Shown: positions 12,456 through 28,770, counted from the stretch's first letter. The stretch: 64,000 nt of DNA from Candidatus Eremiobacteria bacterium (GCA_963758295.1 CAVWUU010000001.1:512001-576000), one strand, 5' to 3'. Translations and numbers: made by a program. Notes: a model not told the origin generated them from the letters alone.

Positions 12456-13840
12456 GAACTCTCCACCGCCGGTGCGGTTACTGCGTCTGCCCGCGGAAGT
12501 TGTACCCGCCGCCGCGACAATCCATAGAGCGCCAATCCGGCCACCAAATATCCGACGAAAATATACGGAAAATAGTTCGTCGGGGGCGGTGGAACGGGAT
12601 AGAACAGCGTGAACGCCGTTCCGAGCAGACAACAGCACGCGACAACCGAAACCGTCACGTCGAGCGGGCGCAACTCCCGGATGCGTCGCAGATACTTCGG
12701 CGCGGCGACGGCGATGAAGAGGTAGATCGCGATAAAGCTAAGCGAGCTGAGGGTTCCGCAGAAGTTGAAGATATCGATCGGCGCTACGCCCTTCGCGTAC
12801 ATCGCAACGCCGATAACAAACATGATTACGACGACCACGGCGAGCGCGACCTGCGGCGTTTGGTAACGCCGGTTGATCGCGCCGAGCGATCGCGGCAGCA
12901 AGCCGCTCTCGGCCATCGGGAGCATAACCCGCGCCGCGGTGTTCACGCATGCCAGCGCCACCGAAAACGAGCTGAGAATCGCCCCAATCGTAATCGGAAT
13001 TTTTAAGTAAGGAACGCCGCTCAAATCCGCAAGCGTCTGCAGCGGATGCGAAAGCTGGTCCAGCGGCGCCTTCGAATTGCGCAGGCCCAGAATTTCGGCA
13101 TACATCGCGAGCACGAAAAAGGCGCTGGCAATGACGACGCTCCAGATTACGGCGCGCGGAATGTTACGCAGCGGCGAACGCGCTTCGTCGCCAAAAGCCG
13201 TAGCGCTTTCGAACCCGACGAAGCTGAAGATGGCGGTCGCAATGCCGAGCCCGATACTCGCTTTGCCGACGCCTTGCAAATGAAGCTGCGCGGGATCGAG
13301 GTGTGGGCCGTGATGGAGCAGCACGACGGCGACCAGCACGCAAATGATGGCGACGGAGATCGTTTCCAGCGCAAGCATGACGATGGTCGAAAGCGCGATA
13401 TCGCGCGCCGCAAGCAGCCAGCAGACGGCCGCGAGCAGCAGCATCGCCACGAGCGCCGGCACGTGAACGCCAAGCGCATCGCCTAGAATCCCGATAAAGA
13501 GCGGCTGCGCTCCGAATTGCGCCGCGCCGACGAAGACGTATGCCCAAAGCATGCTCCACCCGGCGAGCGTGCCGATTTCCGGACCGAGCTCTTTCGCAGC
13601 GTACAAGAACATCGACCCTGACGCCGTCGTGCGGCGCGCGAAATGATTCAGGCAAACCGCGATCAGGAGCATCATGAACGCCGCGAAAATGTACGCGAGC
13701 CACGACCCGTTGCCCGCCGCCGAATACATGTACGGGGCGATCAGCACGGGGGTCATCGTGAGCCCGATGAGCGCCACTGAGGCGGCAAGCACCTCGATAA
13801 ACGAAAGGGAGCCTGCGCGAAGATGCTGTTGCTCTTGCAT
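12452..13840 (-). CDS. APC-superfamily amino acid/polyamine permease
   Basis: About 12 hydrophobic segments, FSFVGFESATAFGDEA..P.RNIPRA motif. Start MQEQQH at 13840. Confidence 0.88.
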   Translation of the reverse strand: MQEQQHLRAGSLSFIEVLAASVALIGLTMTPVLIAPYMYSAAGNGSWLAYIFAAFMMLLIAVCLNHFARRTTASGSMFLYAAKELGPEIGTLAGWSMLWAYVFVGAAQFGAQPLFIGILGDALGVHVPALVAMLLLAAVCWLLAARDIALSTIVMLALETISVAIICVLVAVVLLHHGPHLDPAQLHLQGVGKASIGLGIATAIFSFVGFESATAFGDEARSPLRNIPRAVIWSVVIASAFFVLAMYAEILGLRNSKAPLDQLSHPLQTLADLSGVPYLKIPITIGAILSSFSVALACVNTAARVMLPMAESGLLPRSLGAINRRYQTPQVALAVVVVIMFVIGVAMYAKGVAPIDIFNFCGTLSSLSFIAIYLFIAVAAPKYLRRIRELRPLDVTVSVVACCCLLGTAFTLFYPVPPPPTNYFPYIFVGYLVAGLALYGLSRRRVQLPRADAVTAPAVESS

Positions 13841-13875
13841 CTTTTCTAGCGTAACGCATCGTTTACGGCCCTTCC

Positions 13876-13923
13876 ATGGAGCCTCCAACGAAAAAAGCGC
13901 GAAACATTGGTATTCCTCACCAA
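13876..13923. promoter_or_regulatory. Tandem candidate PucR-family operator boxes between the permease and ALDH
   Basis: ATGG-N8-ACGA (13876) and TGGT-N8-CCAA (13908), 32 bp apart. Confidence 0.5.
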
Positions 13924-13958
13924 AGGCACGGCCGCTCGGGCGGTTCAAGTCTGCGCTC

Positions 13959-15392
13959 ATGCTCCTGGAAGGGCGCCACTTCCCTGCTTTGATCGCCGGC
14001 CGAAGCGCGGACGGCTTCGCGTCGGAAGCCATCCGCAGTCCCTACGACGACTCCTTAGCGGGCACGGTCGCGGTTGCGGGCGACCCAGAAATGGAAACCG
14101 CGATTGCCGCCGCGCATGGTTCGGCGCGAGAATTCGGCCGCATACCGCGCTACCGGCGCGCGGAGATCCTGCGCGGCATTGCCGCCCAACTTGCAGATCG
14201 CGTAGACGAACTTGGCGCGCTGATGGTGGCGGAGTCCGGAAAGCCTCAGCGTTTTGCGCGCATCGAAGTAGCCCGTGCCGTAACGACGTTCTCACTGGCG
14301 GCCGATGAGATGACGCGCTCGGGCGGAGAAGTGCTTCCGCTTGACTTGAGCGCTGCAACCGTCGGGTACTCCGCAATTTCAACATTCCGGCCGATCGGCG
14401 TCATCGGCGCGATCGCGCCGTTCAACTTTCCGTTGAATCTGGTTGCGCATAAGTTGGCTCCGGCAATTGCGGTCGGCAATCCGGTGGTCTTGAAAGCGCC
14501 GCCTCAGGCCCCGCTCTGCGCGCACGTACTTGGCGAAATCGCCGTGGAAGCCGGCGTACCGCCGGAAGCGCTGTCGGTCCTACATACGCCGGTCGCGGTC
14601 GCACAGCGTCTTGCGACTGACGAGCGAATCGCTATGCTTTCGTTTACCGGGTCCAGCGGCGTCGGCTGGCATCTAAAATCGATCGCCGGGCGCAAACGTG
14701 TCGCTCTGGAATTGGGCGGCAACGCGGCGGCGATAATTTGCAGCGATGCGGACCTGGCGTTTGCGGCGCGGCGTTGCGCGCTCGGCGCATTCGCGCAGGC
14801 GGGGCAAGTGTGCATCAAGGTGCAGCGGATGTTCGTCGTTCAAGACGTGTACGAACGTTTTCGCGAGCTGCTACTGAACGAAATCGAATCCCTCCGATGT
14901 GGCGATCCGCGCGATGCCGGCGTGGTCGTCGGTCCGGTCATCGATGCTGCGAGCGCCGCACGCATCATGGCGTGGATCGGCGAAGCGGTCGACGGCGGTG
15001 CGCGCGTGCTATGTGGTAACCGGCGGGAGGGAAACGTTATCGCGCCCACCCTGCTCGAGGGAACCATCGATAGCATGCGCGTTGAATGCGAAGAAGTCTT
15101 TGGCCCGGTTGCCACGATATCGCCGGTCGCATCGCTCGAGGAAGCAATTTCGCGAACGAATGCATCGCGTTTTGGTTTGCAGGCCGGCGTCTTCACTTAC
15201 GACATGCGAGCCGTAACACGAGCATTCGACGAGCTGGAGGTGGGCGGCGTGATCGCTAACGATTATCCAACGTTGCGCGTCGACAACATGCCGTACGGCG
15301 GCGTGAAAGAGAGCGGCTTCGGCCGCGAAGGGGTTCGCTACGCGATGGAAGAGATGAGCGAACGGAAGGTCTTGGTCCTCAACTACCGCTAA
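13959..15392 (+). CDS. NAD(P)-dependent aldehyde dehydrogenase (possibly aminoaldehyde)
   Basis: [48 protein letters not shown]. Confidence 0.88.
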   Translation: MLLEGRHFPALIAGRSADGFASEAIRSPYDDSLAGTVAVAGDPEMETAIAAAHGSAREFGRIPRYRRAEILRGIAAQLADRVDELGALMVAESGKPQRFARIEVARAVTTFSLAADEMTRSGGEVLPLDLSAATVGYSAISTFRPIGVIGAIAPFNFPLNLVAHKLAPAIAVGNPVVLKAPPQAPLCAHVLGEIAVEAGVPPEALSVLHTPVAVAQRLATDERIAMLSFTGSSGVGWHLKSIAGRKRVALELGGNAAAIICSDADLAFAARRCALGAFAQAGQVCIKVQRMFVVQDVYERFRELLLNEIESLRCGDPRDAGVVVGPVIDAASAARIMAWIGEAVDGGARVLCGNRREGNVIAPTLLEGTIDSMRVECEEVFGPVATISPVASLEEAISRTNASRFGLQAGVFTYDMRAVTRAFDELEVGGVIANDYPTLRVDNMPYGGVKESGFGREGVRYAMEEMSERKVLVLNYR

Positions 15393-15404
15393 ACGAAGCC
15401 GCCG

Positions 15405-17282
15405 ATGCATATTATCGGGACGGCCGGACACGTGGACCACGGCAAGTCGGCCTTAGTGCAGGCACTTACGGGAGTCAATCCCGATCGCTGGGCGGAAGAG
15501 CGCGAGCGCGGGATGACGCTCGATCTGGGGTTCGCGCGACTGGCGTTCGAGGACCGGACCGAAGCGGGGATAGTGGACGTTCCGGGCCACGAACGGTTTT
15601 TGCACAACATGCTGGCGGGCGCCGCCGGCATGGAACTGTTGCTGCTAGTCGTTGCTGCGACCGAAGGTGTGATGCCGCAAACACGCGAGCATCTGGCCAT
15701 CCTGCGCTTTCTCAACGTGCGGCGTACCATCGTCGTCGTTACTAAAGCGGACCTGCTCGAGCCGGCGGCGTTGCAGAATTCCATTGACGCAATCGAACGC
15801 GAGCTTCGCGGGACGTTGGCGCAAGATGCCCGGGTGATTGCCTTTTCAGCACTTACCGGTGCGGGGCTCTCCGCGTTGCGCGAACAGATTTATGAGGCTG
15901 TGCGCGCGCTTCCGCCGCGTGATGCGAATGCGCCGGTGTACCTGCCGGTCGATCGCGTTTTTGCTCTTCCGGGGCGGGGGACGATCGTCACCGGTACGCT
16001 TATGCAAGGACGTATCGCCGTGGGCGACACGCTTGCCGTTGAACCCGGAGCGCAAACGGCGCGCGTGCGGAGCCTGCACGTCTTTGGAGATGCGCGCAGC
16101 GAAGCGTTCGGTGGAACGCGCGTCGCGCTCAATCTTCCCGGCATCGTACGCTCTTCGATTTCGCGCGGAGCCGTCGTCGCGGACGCCGAGTTTACACCGC
16201 GCTCGGATTTTACCGTGCGATTCTCGCCGCTGTCGGAAGCGCTGCCGCTCCTTCGCAAGCGCATGCCGGTTCGGGCGCATATCGGTTCGGCAGAAGTGGC
16301 GGGAACGCTGCGGTTGCGGGAGGTTCCGTCCAATGAAAATCCGGTAGAAGCAGAATTGGTGTTAAAAGCACCCGTGGTAGCGTTTCCCGGCGTTCGTTTT
16401 GTCCTCAGGCGGATGTCGCCCAAAACGCTGCTCGGCGGCGGCGAAATCGCCGCGATCTCAGCGGCGGAAGCGGCCGGCGACGAACGAAGCGCTCTCGAAC
16501 GCACGATTGCCGAGGTCCTTGCCGGCGCGGAGTTGGATCCAGCGGATGTTGCAGCGGTCGCCTTTCGCGCCAACGTTCGCGAAGACGTTGCGCAGACGAC
16601 GCTCGAAGCGCTGGTTGCGCGCGGCGAAGCCGTTCGGATTGCGCGTCCCGACGCCTATCTGGAAGCGGCGGCGCTGGAACAATTTGCGAAGCACCTATTC
16701 GCCCTGCTGCAAGACCTGCACGAGGAAGAACCGTGGACGACGGGCGCCACGTCGTTGCAACTTAGCCGGACCCTCGCGATCGCGGAGCCCCTCTTGGTTC
16801 GAATTTTGCTCGCGCTCGTTAACGACGGGCGAATCGTGCAGCGGAGCGGGTATTTCGCGATGCCCGATCATGAACCGCGGCTCTCTGCCTCGCAGCGTGC
16901 ATTTTTCGATGAGATCGTTGCGTCGGATTCCGAACACCCCTTCTTGCCGGCAAGCTTTGCCGAAGCGGCCGCTGCCGTTAAAGCGAGTCCCATTCCGGGG
17001 GCAAATAAAGCATTCGACATGCTGCTCGCGCGAGGCGCTCTCGTCCGGGTCGAAGATGCGCTCTATCGGGGTTCTCAGATCTCGAACATTCACGCGAAGC
17101 TCGAATCCTTCATCGACAGCCATGGGCGGATGACCATGGCGGAGTTTCGCGACGTGATCGGCACGTCGCGGAAATACGCGGTACCGCTGCTGGAGTGGTT
17201 CGACAGCCGCGGCTACACCGTGCGCAGCGGCGATTTTAGAATGCTGCGCGCGCGCAAAGGCGAGCGGGCGCGGCCCGTGTAA
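15405..17282 (+). CDS. selB: Selenocysteine-specific elongation factor
   Basis: [29 protein letters not shown]-terminal winged helix [13 protein letters not shown]. Confidence 0.95.
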   Translation: MHIIGTAGHVDHGKSALVQALTGVNPDRWAEERERGMTLDLGFARLAFEDRTEAGIVDVPGHERFLHNMLAGAAGMELLLLVVAATEGVMPQTREHLAILRFLNVRRTIVVVTKADLLEPAALQNSIDAIERELRGTLAQDARVIAFSALTGAGLSALREQIYEAVRALPPRDANAPVYLPVDRVFALPGRGTIVTGTLMQGRIAVGDTLAVEPGAQTARVRSLHVFGDARSEAFGGTRVALNLPGIVRSSISRGAVVADAEFTPRSDFTVRFSPLSEALPLLRKRMPVRAHIGSAEVAGTLRLREVPSNENPVEAELVLKAPVVAFPGVRFVLRRMSPKTLLGGGEIAAISAAEAAGDERSALERTIAEVLAGAELDPADVAAVAFRANVREDVAQTTLEALVARGEAVRIARPDAYLEAAALEQFAKHLFALLQDLHEEEPWTTGATSLQLSRTLAIAEPLLVRILLALVNDGRIVQRSGYFAMPDHEPRLSASQRAFFDEIVASDSEHPFLPASFAEAAAAVKASPIPGANKAFDMLLARGALVRVEDALYRGSQISNIHAKLESFIDSHGRMTMAEFRDVIGTSRKYAVPLLEWFDSRGYTVRSGDFRMLRARKGERARPV

Positions 17283-19365
<2,083 letters not shown>

Positions 19366-19750
19366 CTCGTGTATGATAGCACTATGAGCAATGCGTTCTT
19401 TCGTTAGCGGACGCCCGCTCTTGGCTTAGCTGCAGCGTACTGCCGACGTACTACGTGCAAAACGACGTGCGGGACCGATTGCAATCGGTGATGCACTGAG
19501 CCGCGTATTCGCCACAAGAAAGCGCGGAGCCGGAAGGCGCTGAAGCGATTCCGATCGCCAGACGCCTAGAGCGTCTTACGCATGCCGGCATCCTACCGGG
19601 CGCCCGCCTCGGTGGCCGACAGCGCGACCGGCTTAAGCAGGAGCACACCCCGCCTTAGAGCGGAATACGTCGGTCCGAGTCGTCTAAGGAGCTGAATAAA
19701 GGCACTTCCTGCAACTTTATCGTGGGTATTCGAGTAGTACGGAGTGACAG

Positions 19751-22378
19751 ATGAACGTAGACAAGATGACCGAACGCGTTGCGGAAGGCCTTAATTCGGC
19801 CTATACGCGCGCGCTTCACGAACACAACACTCAAACTACCCCCGAACACTTTTTAGCCGCTTTACTCGAGCAAGAGCGCGGCATTGCGCCCGACATCTTG
19901 CAGAAGGCGGGCGTCGATCCTAAAGCCTTTGCTCGCAAGGTGGATGAGGCTATCGCGCGCCTTCCACGACTCTCGGGAGCGAACGCGGACTCGGCCCAAG
20001 TGACTCTATCTCCCGAGCTTGCTCGGATCATGGCAAGTGCCGAGCAAGAAGCCAAAGCGCTTCAGGACGACTACATTTCCGTCGAGCACGTGCTGCTTGC
20101 GATGGCGGAAGCGGGCGGCGCGACCGGTGCAATATTCCGCGACGCGGGGCTCACCAAGGACAAGCTGCTCTCCGCCTTACGCGACGTTCGCGGCAATCAG
20201 CGTGTCACGACCAAAGATCCCGAGGGCACGTACAAGTCGCTCGAACGATACGGACGCGATCTGACAATCGAAGCGGAGCGAGGGAAACTCGATCCCGTGA
20301 TCGGCCGCGACGATGAAATTCGCCGTGTCATTCAAGTGCTGTCGCGCCGCACGAAAAATAATCCGGTGCTAATCGGTGAGCCGGGCGTCGGAAAGACCGC
20401 AATCGTGGAAGGGCTAGCGCAGCGCATCGTGCGTGGCGACGTTCCCGAAGGCTTGAAGAACAAGCGAATCGTGTCGCTTGATATGGGCGCTCTCATTGCG
20501 GGCGCGAAGTATCGCGGCGAGTTCGAAGAGCGGCTTAAAGCGGTTTTGAAAGACGTTTCCAACTCCGAAGGCCAGATCGTTCTTTTTGTGGACGAGCTGC
20601 ATACTGTCGTCGGCGCCGGGAAAACCGAAGGCTCGATGGACGCCGGAAACCTGCTCAAGCCAATGCTTGCGCGCGGCGAGCTGCACATGATCGGTGCGAC
20701 GACCCTGGACGAGTATCGCAAGTACATCGAAAAAGATGCGGCATTGGAACGCCGGTTTCAGCCTGTGCAAGTCGATCAGCCGAGCGTCGAAGACACCATT
20801 TCGATCCTGCGCGGCTTAAAAGAGAAGTACGAATCGCATCACGGCGTGCGAATCAAGGACTCGGCGCTTGTCGGCGCGGCCGTACTCAGCGCGCGGTACA
20901 TTGCCGACCGCTTTTTACCCGATAAGGCGATCGACTTGGTCGACGAAGCCGCGGCGAAGCTGCGCACGGAAATCGATTCCATGCCGCAAGAACTCGATGA
21001 AGTGGACCGTCGCGTGATGCAGCTCGAAATCGAGCGCGAAGCGTTGCGTAAGGAGAGCGATCGCCAGAGCCGCGAGCGGCTCGAAGCGCTTGAGCGGGAA
21101 CTGGCCGACCTGCACGAACAACAATCGCAGTTGCGCTTGCGCTGGGATGCTGAAAAGAACGCCGCTTTACGCTTACGTGAACTGCGCGAGCAAATCACGC
21201 AGGCAAAAGTGCAAATCGAACAAGCAGAGCGCCAGTACGATTTGAATCGCGTCGCCGAATTGAAGTTCGGCAGGCTGCCGCAACTCGAGAAGCAGTTGCA
21301 GACCGAAGAAGAGCGTTTGCAAGGGCGCGAAGGCGGCCGCCTCTCCAAAGAAGAGGTGGACGAAGAAGACATCGCGGAGGTTATCGCGCGATGGACCGGC
21401 ATCCCGCTTTCGAAACTGCTCGAAGGTGAGAAGCAGAAGCTGCTTCATCTCGATAAAGAGCTGCACAAGCGCGTCATCGGACAAGACGAAGCCGTCGACG
21501 CTGTAGCCGAGGCGGTGATTCGTTCTCGCTCAGGGCTGGCGGATCCGAATCGTCCCATCGGCTCATTTATCTTCCTGGGACCGACGGGCGTCGGAAAAAC
21601 CGAACTGGCCCGCGCGCTTGCGGACTACCTGTTCGACGACGAACGGGCGTTGATTCGCATCGACATGTCGGAGTATCAAGAGAAACATACCGTCGCGCGT
21701 CTCCTGGGCGCACCGCCGGGATACGTCGGTTACGATGAAGGCGGCCAGTTGACCGAAGCCGTGCGCCGCCGGCCGTATTCCGTAATTCTTTTCGATGAGA
21801 TCGAAAAAGCGCACCCGGACGTGTTCAACGTGTTTTTGCAGATCCTCGACGACGGCCGTTTAACCGATGGCCAAGGGCGCACGGTCGATTTCCGCAATAC
21901 GATCGTGATCATGACCTCGAATATCGGCAGCCACCGGATTCTCGAGTATCGCGGAAAGCTTGGCGGCGCGGAAGAAGCGCTGATGCGCGCAACCGTGATG
22001 GAAGAATTGCGCGCGCATTTCCGCCCCGAATTCCTCAACCGCGTTGACGAAACGATCGTCTTTCATGCGCTGAGTGAAGAACAGCTCATGGAAATCGTGG
22101 ACATTCAGCTCGAGCGCGTGCGTGCGCGCCTAGCGGAACGCCGTATCACCCTCGTTCTTGATGCCGCCGCGAAGCGGCACCTCGTGAAAGCGGGCTACGA
22201 TCCCGCATACGGGGCGCGCCCGTTGAAGCGCACGATTCAAAAGGAACTCGAGACGCCGCTCGGCCGGAAGATTCTTGCCGGCGACGTGAAGGAAGGTTCG
22301 ACCGTGCACGTGGGCTTCAACGACATTACAGGCGAGCTTACGTTCTCAAGTGAGGCCAGGCAACCGGCACCGGTCTAA
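19751..22378 (+). CDS. clpB: ATP-dependent chaperone ClpB
   Basis: Two AAA+ modules ([16 protein letters not shown]), coiled-coil M domain, GARPLKR. Confidence 0.97.
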   Translation: MNVDKMTERVAEGLNSAYTRALHEHNTQTTPEHFLAALLEQERGIAPDILQKAGVDPKAFARKVDEAIARLPRLSGANADSAQVTLSPELARIMASAEQEAKALQDDYISVEHVLLAMAEAGGATGAIFRDAGLTKDKLLSALRDVRGNQRVTTKDPEGTYKSLERYGRDLTIEAERGKLDPVIGRDDEIRRVIQVLSRRTKNNPVLIGEPGVGKTAIVEGLAQRIVRGDVPEGLKNKRIVSLDMGALIAGAKYRGEFEERLKAVLKDVSNSEGQIVLFVDELHTVVGAGKTEGSMDAGNLLKPMLARGELHMIGATTLDEYRKYIEKDAALERRFQPVQVDQPSVEDTISILRGLKEKYESHHGVRIKDSALVGAAVLSARYIADRFLPDKAIDLVDEAAAKLRTEIDSMPQELDEVDRRVMQLEIEREALRKESDRQSRERLEALERELADLHEQQSQLRLRWDAEKNAALRLRELREQITQAKVQIEQAERQYDLNRVAELKFGRLPQLEKQLQTEEERLQGREGGRLSKEEVDEEDIAEVIARWTGIPLSKLLEGEKQKLLHLDKELHKRVIGQDEAVDAVAEAVIRSRSGLADPNRPIGSFIFLGPTGVGKTELARALADYLFDDERALIRIDMSEYQEKHTVARLLGAPPGYVGYDEGGQLTEAVRRRPYSVILFDEIEKAHPDVFNVFLQILDDGRLTDGQGRTVDFRNTIVIMTSNIGSHRILEYRGKLGGAEEALMRATVMEELRAHFRPEFLNRVDETIVFHALSEEQLMEIVDIQLERVRARLAERRITLVLDAAAKRHLVKAGYDPAYGARPLKRTIQKELETPLGRKILAGDVKEGSTVHVGFNDITGELTFSSEARQPAPV

Positions 22379-22397
22379 GGATCGCAAACCCAAAGAG

Positions 22398-22430
22398 AAG
22401 CGGCTGCTGGTTAGCAGCCGCTTTCTTTTT
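22398..22430 (+). terminator. Rho-independent terminator after clpB
   Basis: AAGCGGCTGCT-ggtt-AGCAGCCGCTT followed by a T tract. Confidence 0.85.
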
Positions 22431-22524
22431 GGGGGTGCAGATGGCAGCGAAAGATCCCGTCGAGCTAGGAGTACAACGCTTGGCGGCCATACGCAGGCGC
22501 AACCATGGGTAGAACCTGCGCACG

Positions 22525-23442
22525 ATGCGCGCAGAAAATCCCGGCAGCCTTTTAAAAGAAACGTTCAAAGCGTGGTCGGCGGACAACGCCGGCACGATTG
22601 CCGCGGCACTGGCCTACTTCACGGCATTCGCGATAGCGCCGCTGATGATCATCATTATCGAAATCGGCGCGGCGGTGCTCGGCGGAAGCGGGCACCATCA
22701 CGTCGTCGAAAACGAAATTCTACGAAATCTGGAACCGTCGATCGGCGCCTCGGGAACCAAGGCGATCTCGGACATCGTCTCCGCCACGTTCAACCAGCGC
22801 CATGCCGGGCCGCTCGCGGCAATTTTGAGCTGGGCTATCTTCATAGCTGCTGCCACCGGACTCTTCGCGTCGGTTCAGAACGCACTCGACGTCGTCTGGC
22901 ACGTCGATAAAACAAAACAAAGCTTCCTCGCAACGGTTCTCGACCGGTTGAAGTCGGTCGCAATCATCGGCGTGCTTTCCCTTGTGTTGCTATGTTCGTT
23001 CGCCGCGAATGCGGGCTTGGGTGCGCTTTCCGGCAGCCTGGCTGCAATCGTGCCGGGCTGGCATTACGCCATTATTGCGATCGAAGCCGTCATCTCGTTC
23101 TGCGTCGTCACGGCCGGCTTCGCCGTCGTCTTCAAGTTTTTGCCCAAGACGGAGCTTGATTGGAAAGACGTCATTAGCGGTGCGGCGATCACCGGCGCTT
23201 TATTCATGGCGGGGCAGTACTTGATCGGGATTTATTTGGGACGCGCATCGACCACGTCGACGTACGGAGCGGCGGGCTCGTTCGCCGCGCTGTTGATCTG
23301 GCTGTACTACTCGGCGCAGATTTTTTTGTTCGGTGCCGAGTTCACTAAGGTCTATGCAAACCGATTTGGTTCAAAGAGTTCAGCGCCGGCGCCCGTGATC
23401 CGTGGAAGCGTTGGAACTGCGCGCATGACGCATCAACGCTAG
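22525..23442 (+). CDS. YihY/BrkB family membrane protein
   Basis: AAALAYFTAFAIAPL, YGAAGSFAALLIWLYYSAQI. Confidence 0.9.
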   Translation: MRAENPGSLLKETFKAWSADNAGTIAAALAYFTAFAIAPLMIIIIEIGAAVLGGSGHHHVVENEILRNLEPSIGASGTKAISDIVSATFNQRHAGPLAAILSWAIFIAAATGLFASVQNALDVVWHVDKTKQSFLATVLDRLKSVAIIGVLSLVLLCSFAANAGLGALSGSLAAIVPGWHYAIIAIEAVISFCVVTAGFAVVFKFLPKTELDWKDVISGAAITGALFMAGQYLIGIYLGRASTTSTYGAAGSFAALLIWLYYSAQIFLFGAEFTKVYANRFGSKSSAPAPVIRGSVGTARMTHQR

Positions 23443-23671
23443 CCGGCCGTTGAAGTTGCTGTCGAAAGCGGCGACGGCGATGGCGACGAGGTCGGTGAGG
23501 AGGTTGACGCCGACGGCGGAGCCGGGCGAACGACGGTATCGTCGTCGTCCGGCATTGCCGTTTCTAATTGCACCGACGGTTTGGCCGACGGCGTAGACTG
23601 GCCGGGCTCGGCACGCGCGATTGCAGCGACGCAAACCATTGCGAGGAACGCAACCGCGGCAAGCCGGCGCA

Positions 23672-23672
<1 letters not shown>
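23439..23672 (-). CDS. Small secreted Pro/Ser/Thr-rich hypothetical protein
   Basis: Signal peptide MRRLAAVAFLAMVCVAAIARA; start overlaps the typA stop. Confidence 0.5.
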
Positions 23673-25498
<1,826 letters not shown>

Positions 25499-25555
25499 GA
25501 ACGCAGTTCTACCACAAAAGGGTGTGCGAAGGCTATGCCTTCGGCCTGGGCCGCG

Positions 25556-26840
25556 CTAAGCGCGCGGCAGGCTGAACCAGAAGGACGTCAGCTTGCCCGG
25601 CTCGCTTTCGAAGCCGATGGTCCCGTGCATCTTGGTGACAAGTTCGCGGCAGATATAGAGGCCGAGGCCGGTCGAGCTGTCGCCGGCGGCCAGATGCCCG
25701 AACCGCGTAAAGAGTTTGTCGCGGTCAGCCTCGGCGATCCCCGGGCCTTCGTTGACCACCGAAATACAGACCGCGTCGTCGTGGACTTTCACGTCGATGT
25801 GGATCGGCGTTTTCGCCCCGCCATATTTGACGGCGTTTGAAAGCAGGTTGGTGAGCACCTGAACCGTGCGGCCTTCGTCGGCGTTGACGTTCGGTACGGG
25901 TTCGAGGTAGGCCGCATTGAACGAGCGCTCGGGATGCTCGCTGCGCATCCGGGCCATCGACTCTTCGATGACGGAGACCGGCGAGACCGGCTCGAAGCGC
26001 AAGGACAGATGGCCGGCATCCATCCGCGAGAGGAGCAAGAAGTCCTCAAAAATAGACGAGAGGCGGCCGGTGGCGCTCGAAAGGACACCCAGCAATTCTT
26101 GCCGGCGCTCGAGGCCCAGCGTCTCGAAGTGCGTCTGCAAGAGCGCCGTGGAACCGCGAATCGCGGCGAGCGGCGACCGCACCTCGTGCGATACCATGCT
26201 GAAGAACTCGTTCTGCAGCCGGGCGTTTTCTTCGAGAACTTTGCGCTGTTCAATTTCTGCTTGGTGGGCGCGCGAGCTTGCGAGCGCAAGGCCGACCAAG
26301 TTTACAAAGAGCTGCATCCGGCGCAACGTTTCGATCGACGGAACCTTGCCGTCGATCGGCGCGTCGGCGGAAAGATATCCGAGCATATTGCCGTCGCGAT
26401 CGGGAAGGACAAGCGTCAACGTGTCGCGTTCGTGCCACGCGTCGGGCGCCGTGCGGGGCTCGTTGAGCGGCCTATAACCCGTGTAAATGCTTTGTTTCCA
26501 CAAGATTTCGCGCTCGGCCGGATTGTAAAAACAATACGGAAGCACTTCCGATTCGGGCGGCAGAATGTCGAGCACCGCTGCGCGCTCGATGTGCTCGCCC
26601 AGGCGTTCGGCAATGATCTGTTCCGGGAAACCCGAGGAGAACGCGGCGATACAACTCGCCGCCCGGTGCGTCGGCTGCGACGATCGTTACGTATTTGAAA
26701 CCGAAAAGATCGCGTACGGCATGCGCAATCGAATCCAGCGCGGGTGATATATCCTGCGCGTGAAGAATCTCGTACGTGATGCCCAGGAGCCGCTGGAGAA
26801 GGCCCCCGTCGCCTGTCGGCGGCGCGTCGTAAAACTGCAT
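25556..26840 (-). CDS. GAF-domain sensor histidine kinase, frameshifted near 26630
   Basis: H-box [10 protein letters not shown]-box [20 protein letters not shown]-terminal GAF in ORF 26472..26840. Confidence 0.85.
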
Positions 26841-26895
26841 TAAGCTTCGACCCCTTTGGGGTCGCCGCGCAGGCGTCCTGCGCGTTTACAACGGC

Positions 26896-27312
26896 TTAAC
26901 CAGAACGCATCCAGATAGCGCGTTCCAGCAAGCGCTTTAGCCGCTGCTTTCCGGCGCTTTTCGGGATGACGCCGGATGTCATCCAAATTTGCCGGTCGCT
27001 CAGCTTATTGGCGGTCGCCGGCGAGCAAAAGACGATCAGTTTCCCGCGCGGCCAGGCGTGCCACACGCGATAGATCCCTTCGGCGAGTCCCTCGGAGACG
27101 TAGTCGCCGTCGAGAAAAATGACGTCGGGATGCGTCGCCGCGATGTACTGCTCGTCGATTTGCTGCGTAACGTTTTCTACGCGCGCGTGTATGGAGCGAA
27201 ACACCTCGACCAGCGGCGGCACAAGAAGCTCTTGCGCCTCCACAATGTAAACACGCATGGTGTCCGCGCATGCCAGCTCCATGTTGAATCCAGCATACGC
27301 GGACGCCGTCAT
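26896..27312 (-). CDS. Stand-alone atypical receiver-domain protein
   Basis: RVYIVEAQ...PDVIFLD...GVIPK receiver pattern; start may be internal. Confidence 0.6.
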   Translation of the reverse strand: MTASAYAGFNMELACADTMRVYIVEAQELLVPPLVEVFRSIHARVENVTQQIDEQYIAATHPDVIFLDGDYVSEGLAEGIYRVWHAWPRGKLIVFCSPATANKLSDRQIWMTSGVIPKSAGKQRLKRLLERAIWMRSG

Positions 27313-27315
27313 TTG

Positions 27316-28020
27316 CTAGAGGCTACTTGTGCCCGTGAGGGCTGGTTCTAAAGAATGATTCGAAGCGGTACCGGTTAAGCCGTGCCGTACTGCGTGCACC
27401 GCGAGTTGCGAGCGCGCGGTAAATCCGAGCTTGACGAATACGTTCGCGACGTGATTTTTGATGGTTTTTTCCGAAAGGTGCAGCTCTTCCGCGATCGAGC
27501 GATTCGACATGCCGCGTGCAATCAAACGCACGACGTCAAGTTCACGCATCGTCAATTCGCTGCTTGAACGTTCACCGCGCGTCGCTGCGCTGTAGAAGAC
27601 GCTTCGCGTCAAACGCGGGTCGAGATAAAAACCTACTTCGGCGATCGAGCGAAGCGCCGTCCGAAATTCGGCCGGTGCAACGTCTTTCAGAATATAACCG
27701 TCTGCGCCGGCGCTGAGCGCGTTTGCAACGACGGTAGGATCGGCGTACGTCGAAAGGACACAGATTTTCGAGCCGATATTTGCTGACCGGATCGAATAGA
27801 CGATCTGCCGTACGTTTAAACCGTACGGGTCGCAGTCGATCAAGAGAACGTCGTGGTTTACTGAAGCAAGTTTGTCGAGATCGAGACCGTCGCTTTCACC
27901 GGCAAGAGTGAATTTTTCATCGGCGGTCAGTATTGAGTGAAGTGCTTCGCGTAAGAGTCGCTGATGTTCGATGACGAAAAGGCGGGTCGTCAGAACCTGC
28001 GCAAGAACCGGGCTATCCAT
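27316..28020 (-). CDS. NarL/LuxR-family response regulator
   Basis: Receiver (DVLLID, GADGYILK) plus HTH LTMRELDVVRLIARGMSNRSIAEELHLSEKTIKNHV. Confidence 0.9.
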   Translation of the reverse strand: MDSPVLAQVLTTRLFVIEHQRLLREALHSILTADEKFTLAGESDGLDLDKLASVNHDVLLIDCDPYGLNVRQIVYSIRSANIGSKICVLSTYADPTVVANALSAGADGYILKDVAPAEFRTALRSIAEVGFYLDPRLTRSVFYSAATRGERSSSELTMRELDVVRLIARGMSNRSIAEELHLSEKTIKNHVANVFVKLGFTARSQLAVHAVRHGLTGTASNHSLEPALTGTSSL

Positions 28021-28311
28021 ATACCCTCGCTAGTTAACAGTCGGGAAAAGGGAATTGTAGATATCCAGTGATCCGTAAACCACGGCCCTCTTGGAGTACG
28101 GAGACCGACTAATAAGGCGCTCCCGGCGCCTTACGTACGCAGACTGTACCGCAGCCGCCGCATTGCCACTATCCGTGATTCAGGGGATTTGTGCGGACTT
28201 AAGAACGACATGCGCCTAGGCACATCGTGCTAGAGCGTCCAGGGCTTCAAACACTGCATCGACGCGCCGCCGGCAAGGTACCATTCGGACTACCAGGCCG
28301 CAGGAGATGCT

Positions 28312-28770
28312 ATGTTTTACGGTATCGCCACGGTCGCTGCGATCGTTCTTTCGATTGCCGGCGGCAATTCTATTGGAAACCCGCGGGTTGACTACGGTAC
28401 GCTACGTCCCGGGTCGATTTCCGATTGCCGTGTGCTTTCAGGTGCCGCAGGCCGCTCGATCGATGTAAGCGTGTTGTGCCCCAAGGGTTTCCGCTATCGC
28501 ATTTCGTTGCTGCAATCGCCACACTGTGGAGCGCCCCGCGCATTATCGTCGCCATATCACGACAAGGCGATTCATTACTTTTTGCTTACACCAAGCCGGT
28601 CCGGCATTTGGTGCGATGGTACAAATGGCACGGTCGCGATTAGCGGCATAGGAACCGGGGGTACGCAACATTACGTCGCCTCGGCGTGCGTTCTGGAAAA
28701 TGAACGCTTTGAAACAGACGGATTCGGCAAATTTATCGATACCGTTATCGTTTACGTCGAAAAACGATGA
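28312..28770 (+). CDS. Spore coat U / Csu-type pilin domain secreted protein
   Basis: Signal peptide, VDYG, ISGIGTGGTQHY, C-terminal G.FIDTVIVYV resembling Csu pilins. Confidence 0.55.
   Translation: MFYGIATVAAIVLSIAGGNSIGNPRVDYGTLRPGSISDCRVLSGAAGRSIDVSVLCPKGFRYRISLLQSPHCGAPRALSSPYHDKAIHYFLLTPSRSGIWCDGTNGTVAISGIGTGGTQHYVASACVLENERFETDGFGKFIDTVIVYVEKR

Noticed and set aside
19400..19750. Cys-rich ORF 19451..19648, and CIRCE/HAIR elements upstream of clpB
   Set aside because: The ORF has no RBS or coding-like composition, and no match to either operator consensus was found.
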